This document shows, one piece after another, positions 1 to 8,521 of a stretch of 53,080 nucleotides of DNA (position 1 is its first letter; the number at the start of each line of letters is the position of its first letter). A program made the position numbers and the translations under genes. Under the pieces are notes generated by a model that saw only the letters and a list, made by a program, of their open reading frames with translations, was not told the DNA's origin and did no database searches. The DNA lies in the NCBI GenBank assembly GCA_021158005.1, contig JAGGVN010000096.1, positions 1 to 53,080 on the forward strand, given 5' to 3'. This DNA is from Candidatus Aerophobota bacterium. Lineage in GTDB: Bacteria > Aerophobota > Aerophobia > Aerophobales > JAGGVN01.

Positions 1-37
1 GGCTTAAATCTGTGATTTTAAAAATTACTTTTTTCAT
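1..37 (-). CDS. possible 5' end of a further islet gene, truncated by the window edge (MKKVIFKITDLS...)
   Basis: ATG at 37-35 with an open frame to base 1, 32 nt downstream of the endonuclease stop; too short to verify. Confidence 0.25.
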   Translation of the reverse strand, partial: MKKVIFKITDLS

Positions 38-69
38 AATTTTAGATTGTATTTAATCTATTTTATATT

Positions 70-705
70 TTAATTTTCTTCCAACCTTCTAATCTCTTTT
101 TTGATTTCCTCAATAACTTCGGTATTATAAATTTTTTTCTTCCCACCTTTTTTAATAGAAATAACATAAAATACTTTTCCACCATATTTATCAGTAAACT
201 TCTTATGAGTAGCTTCTTGTAATTGCCTTTCTTTAAAAATTTGAGAGATATGAGATACGCCTCCAGCTGGTTTTATTTGTAAACCAATATATTTACCATT
301 TATCTTTATAAAAAAATCTACATTGAATAATCTATCCCATCTATCAGGAGCTGGTTCTATTTTTACCTTTAAAATATTCTGTAATTGTTCATAAATAGTT
401 TTCCTTTCTGTCATATATCCGTCGAATGTACGGTTTATCACTAAATTAAAAATATAATTAATACAATCTTCCTCTGTAATCTGATCTATTTCTGACACTA
501 AAACTTCGCTTATTTTAATGTATAATTTCTTGCCTAAATTTATCAGATGTTCCTTGGAACGCACATTTTTAAAATAATAATCCTGCCACTCCTTTATGGT
601 CTTGGGAGCGCATTTTCTAATCTCCTCAGATACAGGACCAACATTCCTTTTAAAATTTAATTGGAACCTGTTAGTAGCTGAATTTAAAATCCATTCTTTA
701 GCCAT
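70..705 (-). CDS. MjaI-family type II restriction endonuclease
   Basis: N-terminal VGPVSEEIRKCAPKTIKEWQDYY and a PD-(D/E)xK-like core (DRLFNVDFFI...GLQIKP); adjacent to a DNA methyltransferase. Confidence 0.8.
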   Translation of the reverse strand: MAKEWILNSATNRFQLNFKRNVGPVSEEIRKCAPKTIKEWQDYYFKNVRSKEHLINLGKKLYIKISEVLVSEIDQITEEDCINYIFNLVINRTFDGYMTERKTIYEQLQNILKVKIEPAPDRWDRLFNVDFFIKINGKYIGLQIKPAGGVSHISQIFKERQLQEATHKKFTDKYGGKVFYVISIKKGGKKKIYNTEVIEEIKKEIRRLEEN

Positions 706-709
706 AGTT

Positions 710-1993
710 TTATTTCTTTAAATTTATAAATTTATTTTTATAGCGAAAATCCATATTTATATCTACATCTGCTAAACCATTTTTTATTAAATGGGCATTA
801 ATGAAGGTTTTATTTCTTAAATAAAGATATGCTAATAAGTCCCCATTTTTATTATGTTTAATTGTATCAAATTTCAGAAACACTTTCTGTCCCTTCAGCT
901 TCGAAATTAGAAAATTTATGGCTTCTTCTGCTTTTTCCTTTTTAGCTTTTATTCCAATTAGTTTAACCTTTATCCCTGTATTTAATACTATAACTTCTGG
1001 AGAAATAATTTTTTTTACGGAATAATACTTCTCTTTTTTGGTCTGTGATAAATCTATTTTAGAACCAAATTGTAATTTTTTAGGATCAATTTTACGATCA
1101 AACTTTACCGGATCTTTAAAATAATAAGGTAATGCCTCTATCCGTGTTTTCCAATCTTTAGGAATGTTGTTTTGTGTAATAAATTCAAACTCTGCATCTT
1201 CTAAAAAATTTGGAGTTCTAGCCCCAATTTTATCTTTTATTATTGGTAAGAATTTTTTATTGATTTCATATCCAATTGAATTACGTCCTAAATTTTTAGC
1301 CGCCAGCGTTGTAGTTCCGCTACCAAGAAAAGGATCTAAGATTGTATCGCCAATAAAACTGAACATTTTTATTAACCTTCTTGGCAATTCTTCAGGAAAC
1401 ATTGCTAAATGTTTGGTTTGTCTTTCACCATTAAAATTCCAATGTCCCGAAAAATATTCACTCCATTCTTCTTTGCTTAACTTTGACTTTTCTTTAATGT
1501 CTCTCGATACTTTTGAAGGATTCCCTGGTTTCTTAAATATTAAAATAAATTCATAATCTATTTTTAAAATTCCATTGCGAGGATAGGGGAAACTACCCAT
1601 AACCGTAGCACCCCCTGTGGTATTCATCGTAGTCTGTTTTTGCCAAATAATCGCTCCCATATAGTCAAAGCCCATCGTTTCACAGAACTTTATTATTTCA
1701 GTACGAATAGGTATAATTTTATATCTTCCATAATAAACTGAGCGAGCAAATTGATCGCCTATATTTATACACAATCTACAACCATCTTGCAGAACTCTAA
1801 AACATTCATTCCAAACTAGATTTAAGTTGTTAATATAATCTTCATAACTATCATTAAAACCTATTTGTTGATCTGATCCATAATCTTTTAACTGCCAATA
1901 AGGAGGAGAAGTAATAATAAGATGAACTGATCCATCTTTAACTTCCCTCATATCTCTTGCATCACCAATTATAATTTTATGCCTAGTTTTCAT
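710..1993 (-). CDS. beta-class amino (probably N4-cytosine) DNA methyltransferase with C-terminal SNase/thermonuclease-like domain
   Basis: Motif IV TSPPY near the N-terminus, motif I LDPFLGSGTT later; the last ~105 aa follow the SNase pattern. Confidence 0.9.
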   Translation of the reverse strand: MKTRHKIIIGDARDMREVKDGSVHLIITSPPYWQLKDYGSDQQIGFNDSYEDYINNLNLVWNECFRVLQDGCRLCINIGDQFARSVYYGRYKIIPIRTEIIKFCETMGFDYMGAIIWQKQTTMNTTGGATVMGSFPYPRNGILKIDYEFILIFKKPGNPSKVSRDIKEKSKLSKEEWSEYFSGHWNFNGERQTKHLAMFPEELPRRLIKMFSFIGDTILDPFLGSGTTTLAAKNLGRNSIGYEINKKFLPIIKDKIGARTPNFLEDAEFEFITQNNIPKDWKTRIEALPYYFKDPVKFDRKIDPKKLQFGSKIDLSQTKKEKYYSVKKIISPEVIVLNTGIKVKLIGIKAKKEKAEEAINFLISKLKGQKVFLKFDTIKHNKNGDLLAYLYLRNKTFINAHLIKNGLADVDINMDFRYKNKFINLKK

Positions 1994-1996
1994 ATT

Positions 1997-2209
1997 TTAT
2001 TCAATTAAATTATCTAATGAAGTTTTTAACGCCTTCGCAATTTTCGCCACTACATACACAGAAGGCTTTTTGATAACGCCTGTTTCAATCTTGGTTAGAG
2101 TCGTATAAGGCACATCAGCTTTGCGGGCAAGTTCGTCTTGAGACAGGCCAAGACCCGTTCTTAACTTTTTGATTTTCTTCCCTAATTTATTGCCTTGATT
2201 ATTTTCCAT
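1997..2209 (-). CDS. XRE-family HTH regulator, likely RM controller (C) protein
   Basis: LGKKIKKLR..LGLSQDELA...LTKIETG...PS...VAKIAKAL; 3 nt upstream of the MTase. Confidence 0.85.
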   Translation of the reverse strand: MENNQGNKLGKKIKKLRTGLGLSQDELARKADVPYTTLTKIETGVIKKPSVYVVAKIAKALKTSLDNLIE

Positions 2210-2275
2210 ATTATACTATCATAAAATTGTTGATATCTTCTTCTTTCATTATTATACTAACAAATATAATGAAAG
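2209..2275 (-). promoter_or_regulatory. putative promoter/operator of the C-M-R operon
   Basis: Perfect inverted repeat CTTTCATTAT-N13-ATAATGAAAG (2243-2275); direct repeat TATTATACTA at 2209-2218 and 2250-2259, each containing TATAAT on the minus strand. Confidence 0.5.
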
Positions 2276-2411
2276 CAAGCAAATTTTTACAAGTCAAAGG
2301 TGAGAAAAAGCCTGCTTTTGGCCTGCATGCTTCGCACGCAAAGGTAAAAAATACTTGAAGGGAAAATTGGCTGGCGTGTCCTTTTAAATCCCCTCCCAGA
2401 ATACCAATTAG

Positions 2412-2502
2412 CGGAGAGGGTGGGATTCGAACCCACGGGACACCTTCAAAGGTGTTCAGTTGATTTCGAATCAACCGCTTTAAACCACTCAGCCACCTCT
2501 CC
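2412..2502 (-). tRNA. tRNA-Ser (anticodon CGA)
   Basis: GGAGAGG acceptor stem, GTTGA-TTCGAAA-TCAAC anticodon arm, long variable arm, GTTCGAATC T-loop, G discriminator; followed by CTA, so CCA is not encoded. Confidence 0.97.
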
Positions 2503-2619
2503 ACTTTACCGATTATTATTTTAGTAATAGATTAGTTTCTCTAAAATTTTTCTCCTTTTTCTGCATTGAGATTACTCTGGATTCGTCTCACAACGATAAA
2601 TACATTATTTCTTTGTTGA

Positions 2620-2651
2620 AGATAAACCGCAAGCGCTACCCATCTCTTGCG
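2620..2651 (-). terminator. possible terminator downstream of rplU
   Basis: CGCAAG/CTTGCG stem followed by GTTTATCT on the minus strand. Confidence 0.3.
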
Positions 2652-2749
2652 CATTCTTGGGAATACTTACCTCTGATTACTGCTTATATTAGCTTCTCTA
2701 ATTCTTCTCACAAAAGAAATTTCCTTAGGAGCAATAGACTTCCATTTAC

Positions 2750-3082
2750 CTAAGTTTTTTCTGGTTTCTTCGAATATTGAATTTCTTTTATGAGTAATTC
2801 GCTGAAGCGCTGACGATGTCCATATTTACGTTTATAACCTTTCCGTCTTTTAAACTTATAAACTATAATTTTTCTATCCTTTCCTTCCCTTAATACTTCG
2901 GCTATTACTTTAGCCTTACTTATTAAAGGATTTCCCCAAAAAGATTTATCTTCTTCCTTAATCATTAATACTTTATCCAGAATTACCTCCTTTCCTTCCG
3001 GTATATTTAATTTCTCTACTCTTATGACTGATCCCGGTTCAACTTTATATTGTTTTCCACCAGTCTCTATTATAGCCATCAT
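2750..3082 (-). CDS. rplU: 50S ribosomal protein L21
   Basis: AIIETGGKQYKV...KFKRRKGYKRKYGHRQ. Confidence 0.98.
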   Translation of the reverse strand: MMAIIETGGKQYKVEPGSVIRVEKLNIPEGKEVILDKVLMIKEEDKSFWGNPLISKAKVIAEVLREGKDRKIIVYKFKRRKGYKRKYGHRQRFSELLIKEIQYSKKPEKT

Positions 3083-3099
3083 TTTTTTTCTCCTTTAAG

Positions 3100-4350
3100 T
3101 TAAGTTCCTATTTTCCAGGAAGATAAATATATCTTTTGCTCTTCTGTTAATTCGTCTATTTCAATTCCCATACTCTCTAATTTCAATTTAGCCACCTTTT
3201 TATCAATTTCTGAGGGAACAGAATAAACTCTTCTCTCTAAATTTCCTCCTTTTTTAATTAAATACTCACAAGAGAGAGCTTGATTTGCAAAACTCATATC
3301 CATTACTAAAGAAGGATGTCCTTCAGCAGAAGATAAATTAACTAATCTTCCTTCAGAGATTAAATTTATTTTTCTTCCATCCTTTAAAGTGAACTCTTCC
3401 ACACTTTCTCTTATTTTCCTCTTTCTGATAGATAGCCTTTCCAGACCATCTAAATCTATCTCTACATTGAAATGACCTGCATTAGCTACTATTGCTCCGT
3501 TCCTCATTTCTTTAAAATGTTCCTCCCGAATAACACCTTTATCTCCTGTACTGGTTATAAAGATATTTCCCAGAGAAGAGGCTTCTTTTAGAGGCATCAC
3601 TAAATATCCATCCATTACCGCTTCTAAAGCTTTTAAAGGATCTACTTCGCAAATTATTACCCGCGCTCCCATTCCTCTTGCTCGCATCGCTATCCCTTTC
3701 CCGCACCATCCGTATCCACATACTACAAAGGTAGAGCCGGCCAAGAGCATATTAGTAGCCCGCAGGATACCATCAATAGTCGATTGACCGGTCCCATAAC
3801 GATTATCAAATAGATGTTTAGTATTAGCGTCGTTTACAGCAATTATCGGATACCTTAAAACTCCTTCATTAGCCATACTTCTTAAACGAATTACTCCCGT
3901 AGTTGTTTCCTCTGTTCCCCCTATAATAGGAAAATCTCTTTTCTCAGAATGAATAGTAGAAACTAAATCAGCTCCATCATCCATAGTAATCTGAGGTTCT
4001 ATCTTCAAAACACTGTGAATATGCTCATAATAAGTTTTTTTGTCTTCGCCTCTAATAGCAAAAACACTAATTCCATAGTCTTTTACCAAAGAGGCAGCCA
4101 CTTCATCTTGAGTAGAAAGAGGATTAGAAGCACATAAAAAAACATTTGCTCCTCCTTCTTTTAAAGCTTTGACGAGATTAGCAGTCTCCGAAGTGATATG
4201 CAAACAAGCAGCAATTCTTATCTCTCTTAAAGGTTTTTCCTTGTGAAACCTCTCTTCTATTAATCGCAGAACAGGCATCATCGATCTTGCCCATTCAATC
4301 CGCATCTTTCCTCTGTCCGCGAGACTTATATCCTTAATTTCATAATTCAT
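3100..4350 (-). CDS. ahcY: adenosylhomocysteinase
   Basis: [52 protein letters not shown]. Confidence 0.98.
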   Translation of the reverse strand: MNYEIKDISLADRGKMRIEWARSMMPVLRLIEERFHKEKPLREIRIAACLHITSETANLVKALKEGGANVFLCASNPLSTQDEVAASLVKDYGISVFAIRGEDKKTYYEHIHSVLKIEPQITMDDGADLVSTIHSEKRDFPIIGGTEETTTGVIRLRSMANEGVLRYPIIAVNDANTKHLFDNRYGTGQSTIDGILRATNMLLAGSTFVVCGYGWCGKGIAMRARGMGARVIICEVDPLKALEAVMDGYLVMPLKEASSLGNIFITSTGDKGVIREEHFKEMRNGAIVANAGHFNVEIDLDGLERLSIRKRKIRESVEEFTLKDGRKINLISEGRLVNLSSAEGHPSLVMDMSFANQALSCEYLIKKGGNLERRVYSVPSEIDKKVAKLKLESMGIEIDELTEEQKIYLSSWKIGT

Positions 4351-4377
4351 TCATCCCTCTCCTGTATAATTTCCTCT

Positions 4378-4405
4378 ATAGTAGCAAAGAGTGAAGAAAA
4401 GTCAA
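4378..4405 (-). promoter_or_regulatory. sigma70-type promoter for ahcY-rplU
   Basis: TTGACT-16 nt-TACTAT with TG extended -10. Confidence 0.55.
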
Positions 4406-4457
4406 TTTTCCAAGGATAATTAGCTCAGTAAAATGAAGGAAGTAAGCAAAAATAAAT

Positions 4458-4486
4458 TTGACATTTTTTTTCAATTATGATAAACT
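4458..4486 (+). promoter_or_regulatory. sigma70-type promoter for the secD operon
   Basis: TTGACA-17 nt-TAAACT with TG extended -10 and an AT-rich upstream element. Confidence 0.75.
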
Positions 4487-4490
4487 TCAA

Positions 4491-4619
4491 CCTATCTATA
4501 AAGCTTCTTATAAGCAATTATTAAGACTCTCCGAAGTATTTAATAGAGAATCCGGGCAAGAAAATTATTCCCGTAGATTCTTAATTTCTGAATGTTGGCT
4601 TGTAGATTTTATAGATAGG
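4491..4619 (+). ncRNA. structured leader / candidate ncRNA upstream of secD
   Basis: 12-bp perfect closing stem (4491-4502/4608-4619) plus nested inner helices; begins at the predicted transcription start. Confidence 0.5.
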
Positions 4620-4629
4620 GAGTAAAAGA

Positions 4630-6360
4630 ATGATAAAGTATAGCAAATGGATAATGCTCTTCATTATAGGACTGATAGTTTTATCTATCTGGACTGTCTA
4701 TCCTCCTCAAGAGAAGATAAAATTGGGTTTAGATTTAAAAGGAGGAACCCACCTTGTATTGGAAGCAGATCTTACTAAGCTTCCCCCGGGAGAAAGTCTT
4801 GAAGAAGTAGTCACTACTGCCATAGAAACTATCCGTAATCGCGTCGATGCGCTGGGCCTGAAAGAGCCTACCATTACCCGTCAAGGAAAAAAGAGAATAA
4901 TTGTAGATATTGCTGCTCATTCTTTAGATTTTAAGCTGCTGAGTGAAGAGCAAAATAATATAGAGGAAATCTTGAAAACAGGGAAAATTCCTCCGGATAC
5001 CGAACTCCTTTATGATGAAAAAGGAAATCCTTATCTGGTGGAGAAAGAAATTCTCCTATCAGGAAGCAGGGTAAAAGATGCTCGAGTAGAGATAGGAAGT
5101 AATAATAAACCTTATCTTCTTTTATTTCTCGATTCGGAAGGAGCCGATATTTTTGCTCGTTTAGCCAGTAAATATGGAGGGAGAAAATTAGCTATAATTT
5201 TTGATAATGTTGTAAAATGCACTCCCATAATAAAAAATCGGAGAGAGGAGAGAGAATCACCCGAAGATATCTTTATAAAAGTCTCTTCCCCCAAAGAGAA
5301 TCTAATTATGGAAGGAGATTTTACTTCTCAAGAAGCTTCGAACCTGCAGAGCGTTCTTAAGAGTGGAACAAGCCCGGTGGATATAATTAAACAAATGGCT
5401 CTATTGGAATTCAAATTAGTAGATGAGAAAGGAGATATAAGTAAAGCTCTTAAAGGGGAAATTCCTCCTCAAGACCAGGTACTCTACGATTTGGAGGGAA
5501 GGGCTTATTTACTTAAAAAAGAGACTCTTCTTACCGGTAAGAGTATTACTGATGTTCGTGTTCAGATAAATCAATGGGGACAGCCTTATATAGCTTTAAC
5601 TCTGGATAAAGAAGGAGCTAAAAAATTTGCGGAAATTACGGGAACACATGTAGGAGAAAGATTGGCTATAATTTTAGATAATGTAGTTAAATCTGCTCCG
5701 GTGATAAAAACCCGTATCCCTGATGGAAAAGCTGTTATTGAGGGAAACTTTGACATAGAAAGTGCAAATAAATTGAGAATTGTCTTAAAGAGCGGCGCTT
5801 TACCTGTTCCTTTTGAGATTATTCAAAATACGACTGTAGGCCCTTCTTTAGGACGAGACTCTATCCAGAAGGGATTTTTTGCAGGTATTATTGGTTTAAT
5901 AGTGGTAATTATCTTTATGGGGATTTACTATAAGAAAGCGGGGATTATTGCTGATATCGCCCTTATTCTAAACCTACTCTTCTTGATGGCAATCTTGGTG
6001 GCACTCAAAGCTACCCTTACTCTGCCAGGAATTGCCGGAATTATTCTCACTATCGGGATGAGTATCGATGCTAATGTTATTATCTTTGAAAGAATAAGAG
6101 AAGAAATAAAGGCAGAGAGGGCTCCTCGTCCGGCAGTCGATGCCGGATATAATAGAGCTCTAACTACTATTCTGGATGCAAACATTACTACCTTAATTGT
6201 TGCTTTGGTTCTCTTTCAATTTGGGACCGGTCCTATAAAAGGATTTGCCACTACTCTTTCCATAGGGATTTTAGCCAGTATGTTTACGGCTATTATAGTT
6301 ACCCGAGTTATCTTTAACCTTCTCTTAGAAAAAAGACCACTAAAGAAATTGAGTATTTAA
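4630..6360 (+). CDS. secD: protein translocase subunit SecD with duplicated P1 head domain
   Basis: LGLDLKGG, IRNRVDALG, LKSGALP, VGPSLG, TLTLPGIAGIILTIGMSIDANVIIFERIREE. Confidence 0.97.
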   Translation: MIKYSKWIMLFIIGLIVLSIWTVYPPQEKIKLGLDLKGGTHLVLEADLTKLPPGESLEEVVTTAIETIRNRVDALGLKEPTITRQGKKRIIVDIAAHSLDFKLLSEEQNNIEEILKTGKIPPDTELLYDEKGNPYLVEKEILLSGSRVKDARVEIGSNNKPYLLLFLDSEGADIFARLASKYGGRKLAIIFDNVVKCTPIIKNRREERESPEDIFIKVSSPKENLIMEGDFTSQEASNLQSVLKSGTSPVDIIKQMALLEFKLVDEKGDISKALKGEIPPQDQVLYDLEGRAYLLKKETLLTGKSITDVRVQINQWGQPYIALTLDKEGAKKFAEITGTHVGERLAIILDNVVKSAPVIKTRIPDGKAVIEGNFDIESANKLRIVLKSGALPVPFEIIQNTTVGPSLGRDSIQKGFFAGIIGLIVVIIFMGIYYKKAGIIADIALILNLLFLMAILVALKATLTLPGIAGIILTIGMSIDANVIIFERIREEIKAERAPRPAVDAGYNRALTTILDANITTLIVALVLFQFGTGPIKGFATTLSIGILASMFTAIIVTRVIFNLLLEKRPLKKLSI

Positions 6361-6371
6361 GGGAGAGATAA

Positions 6372-7418
6372 ATGCGCTTATTCAAAGAAACACATATAGA
6401 TTTCATTAAATTAAGGAAGATTGCTTTTGTTGTCTCGGGAGTATTAGTAACTTTAAGTATTGTTTCTCTTTTTATAAAAGGAGGACCAAAACTTGGACTG
6501 GACTTCACCGGGGGGGTAGAAATTCATCTTAAGTTTACCAGACCCCCTTCTATAAGTCGAATAAGAACTGCTCTATCTAAAATAGGCTTAGGGGAAGCAG
6601 TAATTCAGCAATATGGACAAAAGAAAGATAACCTCATTCTTGTGAGGTTGGGAGTAGAAAAAACTTCTTCAGAATTTGCTTCAGAAATATCCCCTAAAGT
6701 TGAACAAGCTATAAGAGGAGAATTTAAAGATGAAGAGAATGAATTTGTTATTCTTAGCTCAGAGTTAATTGGACCTAAGGTTGGTAAAGAGATCCAACAA
6801 AAAGCTATAATAGCTCTCAGTATTAGCTTTATAGGAATGCTCATTTATATTGCTCTGCGTTTTGAGCTAAGATTTGCTGTAGGAGCCATAGTTGCCTTAT
6901 GCCATGATGTCTTCATCGCTGTTGGAGCTTTATCCATAGGTAACTTTGAATTTAATTTACCAATAGTGGCTGCTTTACTCACCATAATAGGATACTCTTT
7001 AAACGACACTATTGTTATTTATGACCGAATAAGAGAAAATCTTAAAATCTACCGAAAAAAAGCAGGTTCACTCAAAGATATACTTAATTCGAGCATTAAC
7101 CAATCACTTTCAAGGACTATTATTACTTCTTTAACCACTTTTGTGGTGGTTCTGGCTTTATTTTTATGGGGAGGAGAAGTCCTTCATGGATTTGCTTTTG
7201 CTCTCCTTATAGGAGTAATAGTAGGCACATATTCATCATCCTTTGTAGCTACTCCTGTAGTCTATGGATGGGAAAGAAAGACTGAAGTGGAAAAGATTCA
7301 AGTGATGAGGAAAAGAACTAAGATAATTAAAAAACCCGTTGTTTCTGCCGCAAAAAAAGATAAACCAAAGAGTAAAGTCTCCAGAAAGAGAAAGAGTAGA
7401 AAAAAGAAAAAAAGATGA
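6372..7418 (+). CDS. secF: protein translocase subunit SecF
   Basis: GLDFTGG, IGPKVG, GYSLNDTIVIYDRIRE, SRTIITS. Confidence 0.97.
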   Translation: MRLFKETHIDFIKLRKIAFVVSGVLVTLSIVSLFIKGGPKLGLDFTGGVEIHLKFTRPPSISRIRTALSKIGLGEAVIQQYGQKKDNLILVRLGVEKTSSEFASEISPKVEQAIRGEFKDEENEFVILSSELIGPKVGKEIQQKAIIALSISFIGMLIYIALRFELRFAVGAIVALCHDVFIAVGALSIGNFEFNLPIVAALLTIIGYSLNDTIVIYDRIRENLKIYRKKAGSLKDILNSSINQSLSRTIITSLTTFVVVLALFLWGGEVLHGFAFALLIGVIVGTYSSSFVATPVVYGWERKTEVEKIQVMRKRTKIIKKPVVSAAKKDKPKSKVSRKRKSRKKKKR

Positions 7419-8521
7419 AAATCCTGGTGGTTGCGGGAGGCACAGGAGGACATCTTTATCCGGCAAAGGCTATAGCTTCTTATTTGAAAGAACAGAATTT
7501 AATTAAAGATATTCTCTGGGTGGGTGGAGGAAAAGAAATTGAGAGGGAAATCATTGTCCCTCAATACAAATTTAAAAGGATTAATATTCAATATTGCCCC
7601 CGGACTCTGTCCCTGAAATGGATAAGATTTATTCAGGAATTAATTGTTTCCTTCTTTCAATCTTTCTTAATTATTACTCAATTCAAACCCACCATTGTCT
7701 TAGGAATGGGGAGCTTTCATTCTTATCCTCTGGTGATAACCGCTGCTTTTAAGGGAATTCCCACTATAATTTTTGAACAAAATGTGCGTCTTTCCCTCAC
7801 TAATAGATTTCTCCTCTGGTGGGCTTCCACTATCGTTATTAGTTTCTCTGAAACTCAAAAGTTCATCCCTCTAAAAAGAAGAAGAAAAACACTCCTTATA
7901 GGCAATCCGGTTCGTAAAGAGATCATTGAAGAAGAAAAAGGAGAAGCACTCAGGAAATTAAAACTGAGTAAAGAAGTATTTACTCTTCTCTTTATGGGAG
8001 GAAGCCAGGGAGCTCATTCTTTAAATCTTTATGGAGTGGAGGCTTTAAAGTCTTTAGAAAAGGAGGAGGTACCTGAGAAGATTCAGATAATCTTCCTTAC
8101 AGGAAAAAAAGATTATCAGTGGGTAAGAGAATCTCTTAAATCCTTAAAATTTCAATCAATAGTATTTCCTTATTTAGAAAGAATGGAGTATGCTTACGCT
8201 GCTTGCGATCTCGTTATTTCCCGAAGTGGAGCTACTACTATAGCCGAAATTACTGCCCGCGGGCTCCCCTCTATTTTAATCCCCTATCCCTACGCCACCT
8301 CCTCTCACCAATTAGAAAATGCAAAGCTTCTCCAAAGAGAAGGTGCCTCCTATCTTATTTTAGAAAAAGACCTCTCAGGAAGAATAATAAAAGAGACTAT
8401 TTTGAAATTGCTAAGAGATCAGGATTTACTCAAAAAGATGGCGAAAAAGAGTAAGAATTTAGGGAAACCAGAAGCTACCAGAGAAGTAGCTAAGCTAATT
8501 TTTAAATTAGCAAAAAAATGA
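7415..8521 (+). CDS. murG: lipid I N-acetylglucosaminyltransferase MurG (divergent)
   Basis: GGTGGH, EQN, GNPVR, GGSQGA, SRSGATTIAE, HQLENA. Confidence 0.92.
   Translation: MKILVVAGGTGGHLYPAKAIASYLKEQNLIKDILWVGGGKEIEREIIVPQYKFKRINIQYCPRTLSLKWIRFIQELIVSFFQSFLIITQFKPTIVLGMGSFHSYPLVITAAFKGIPTIIFEQNVRLSLTNRFLLWWASTIVISFSETQKFIPLKRRRKTLLIGNPVRKEIIEEEKGEALRKLKLSKEVFTLLFMGGSQGAHSLNLYGVEALKSLEKEEVPEKIQIIFLTGKKDYQWVRESLKSLKFQSIVFPYLERMEYAYAACDLVISRSGATTIAEITARGLPSILIPYPYATSSHQLENAKLLQREGASYLILEKDLSGRIIKETILKLLRDQDLLKKMAKKSKNLGKPEATREVAKLIFKLAKK

Noticed and set aside
2211-2504. 97-aa ORF
   Set aside because: Translation through tRNA-Ser and the RM promoter; typical spurious ORF
2520-2749. rpmA (L27) or a small ORF after rplU
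   Set aside because: No MAHKK-like frame; the 37-codon ORF MRKRWVALAV... has no recognisable features
4351-4460. SAH/SAM riboswitch upstream of ahcY
   Set aside because: The promoter lies ~30 nt from the start codon, leaving no room, and no consensus is present
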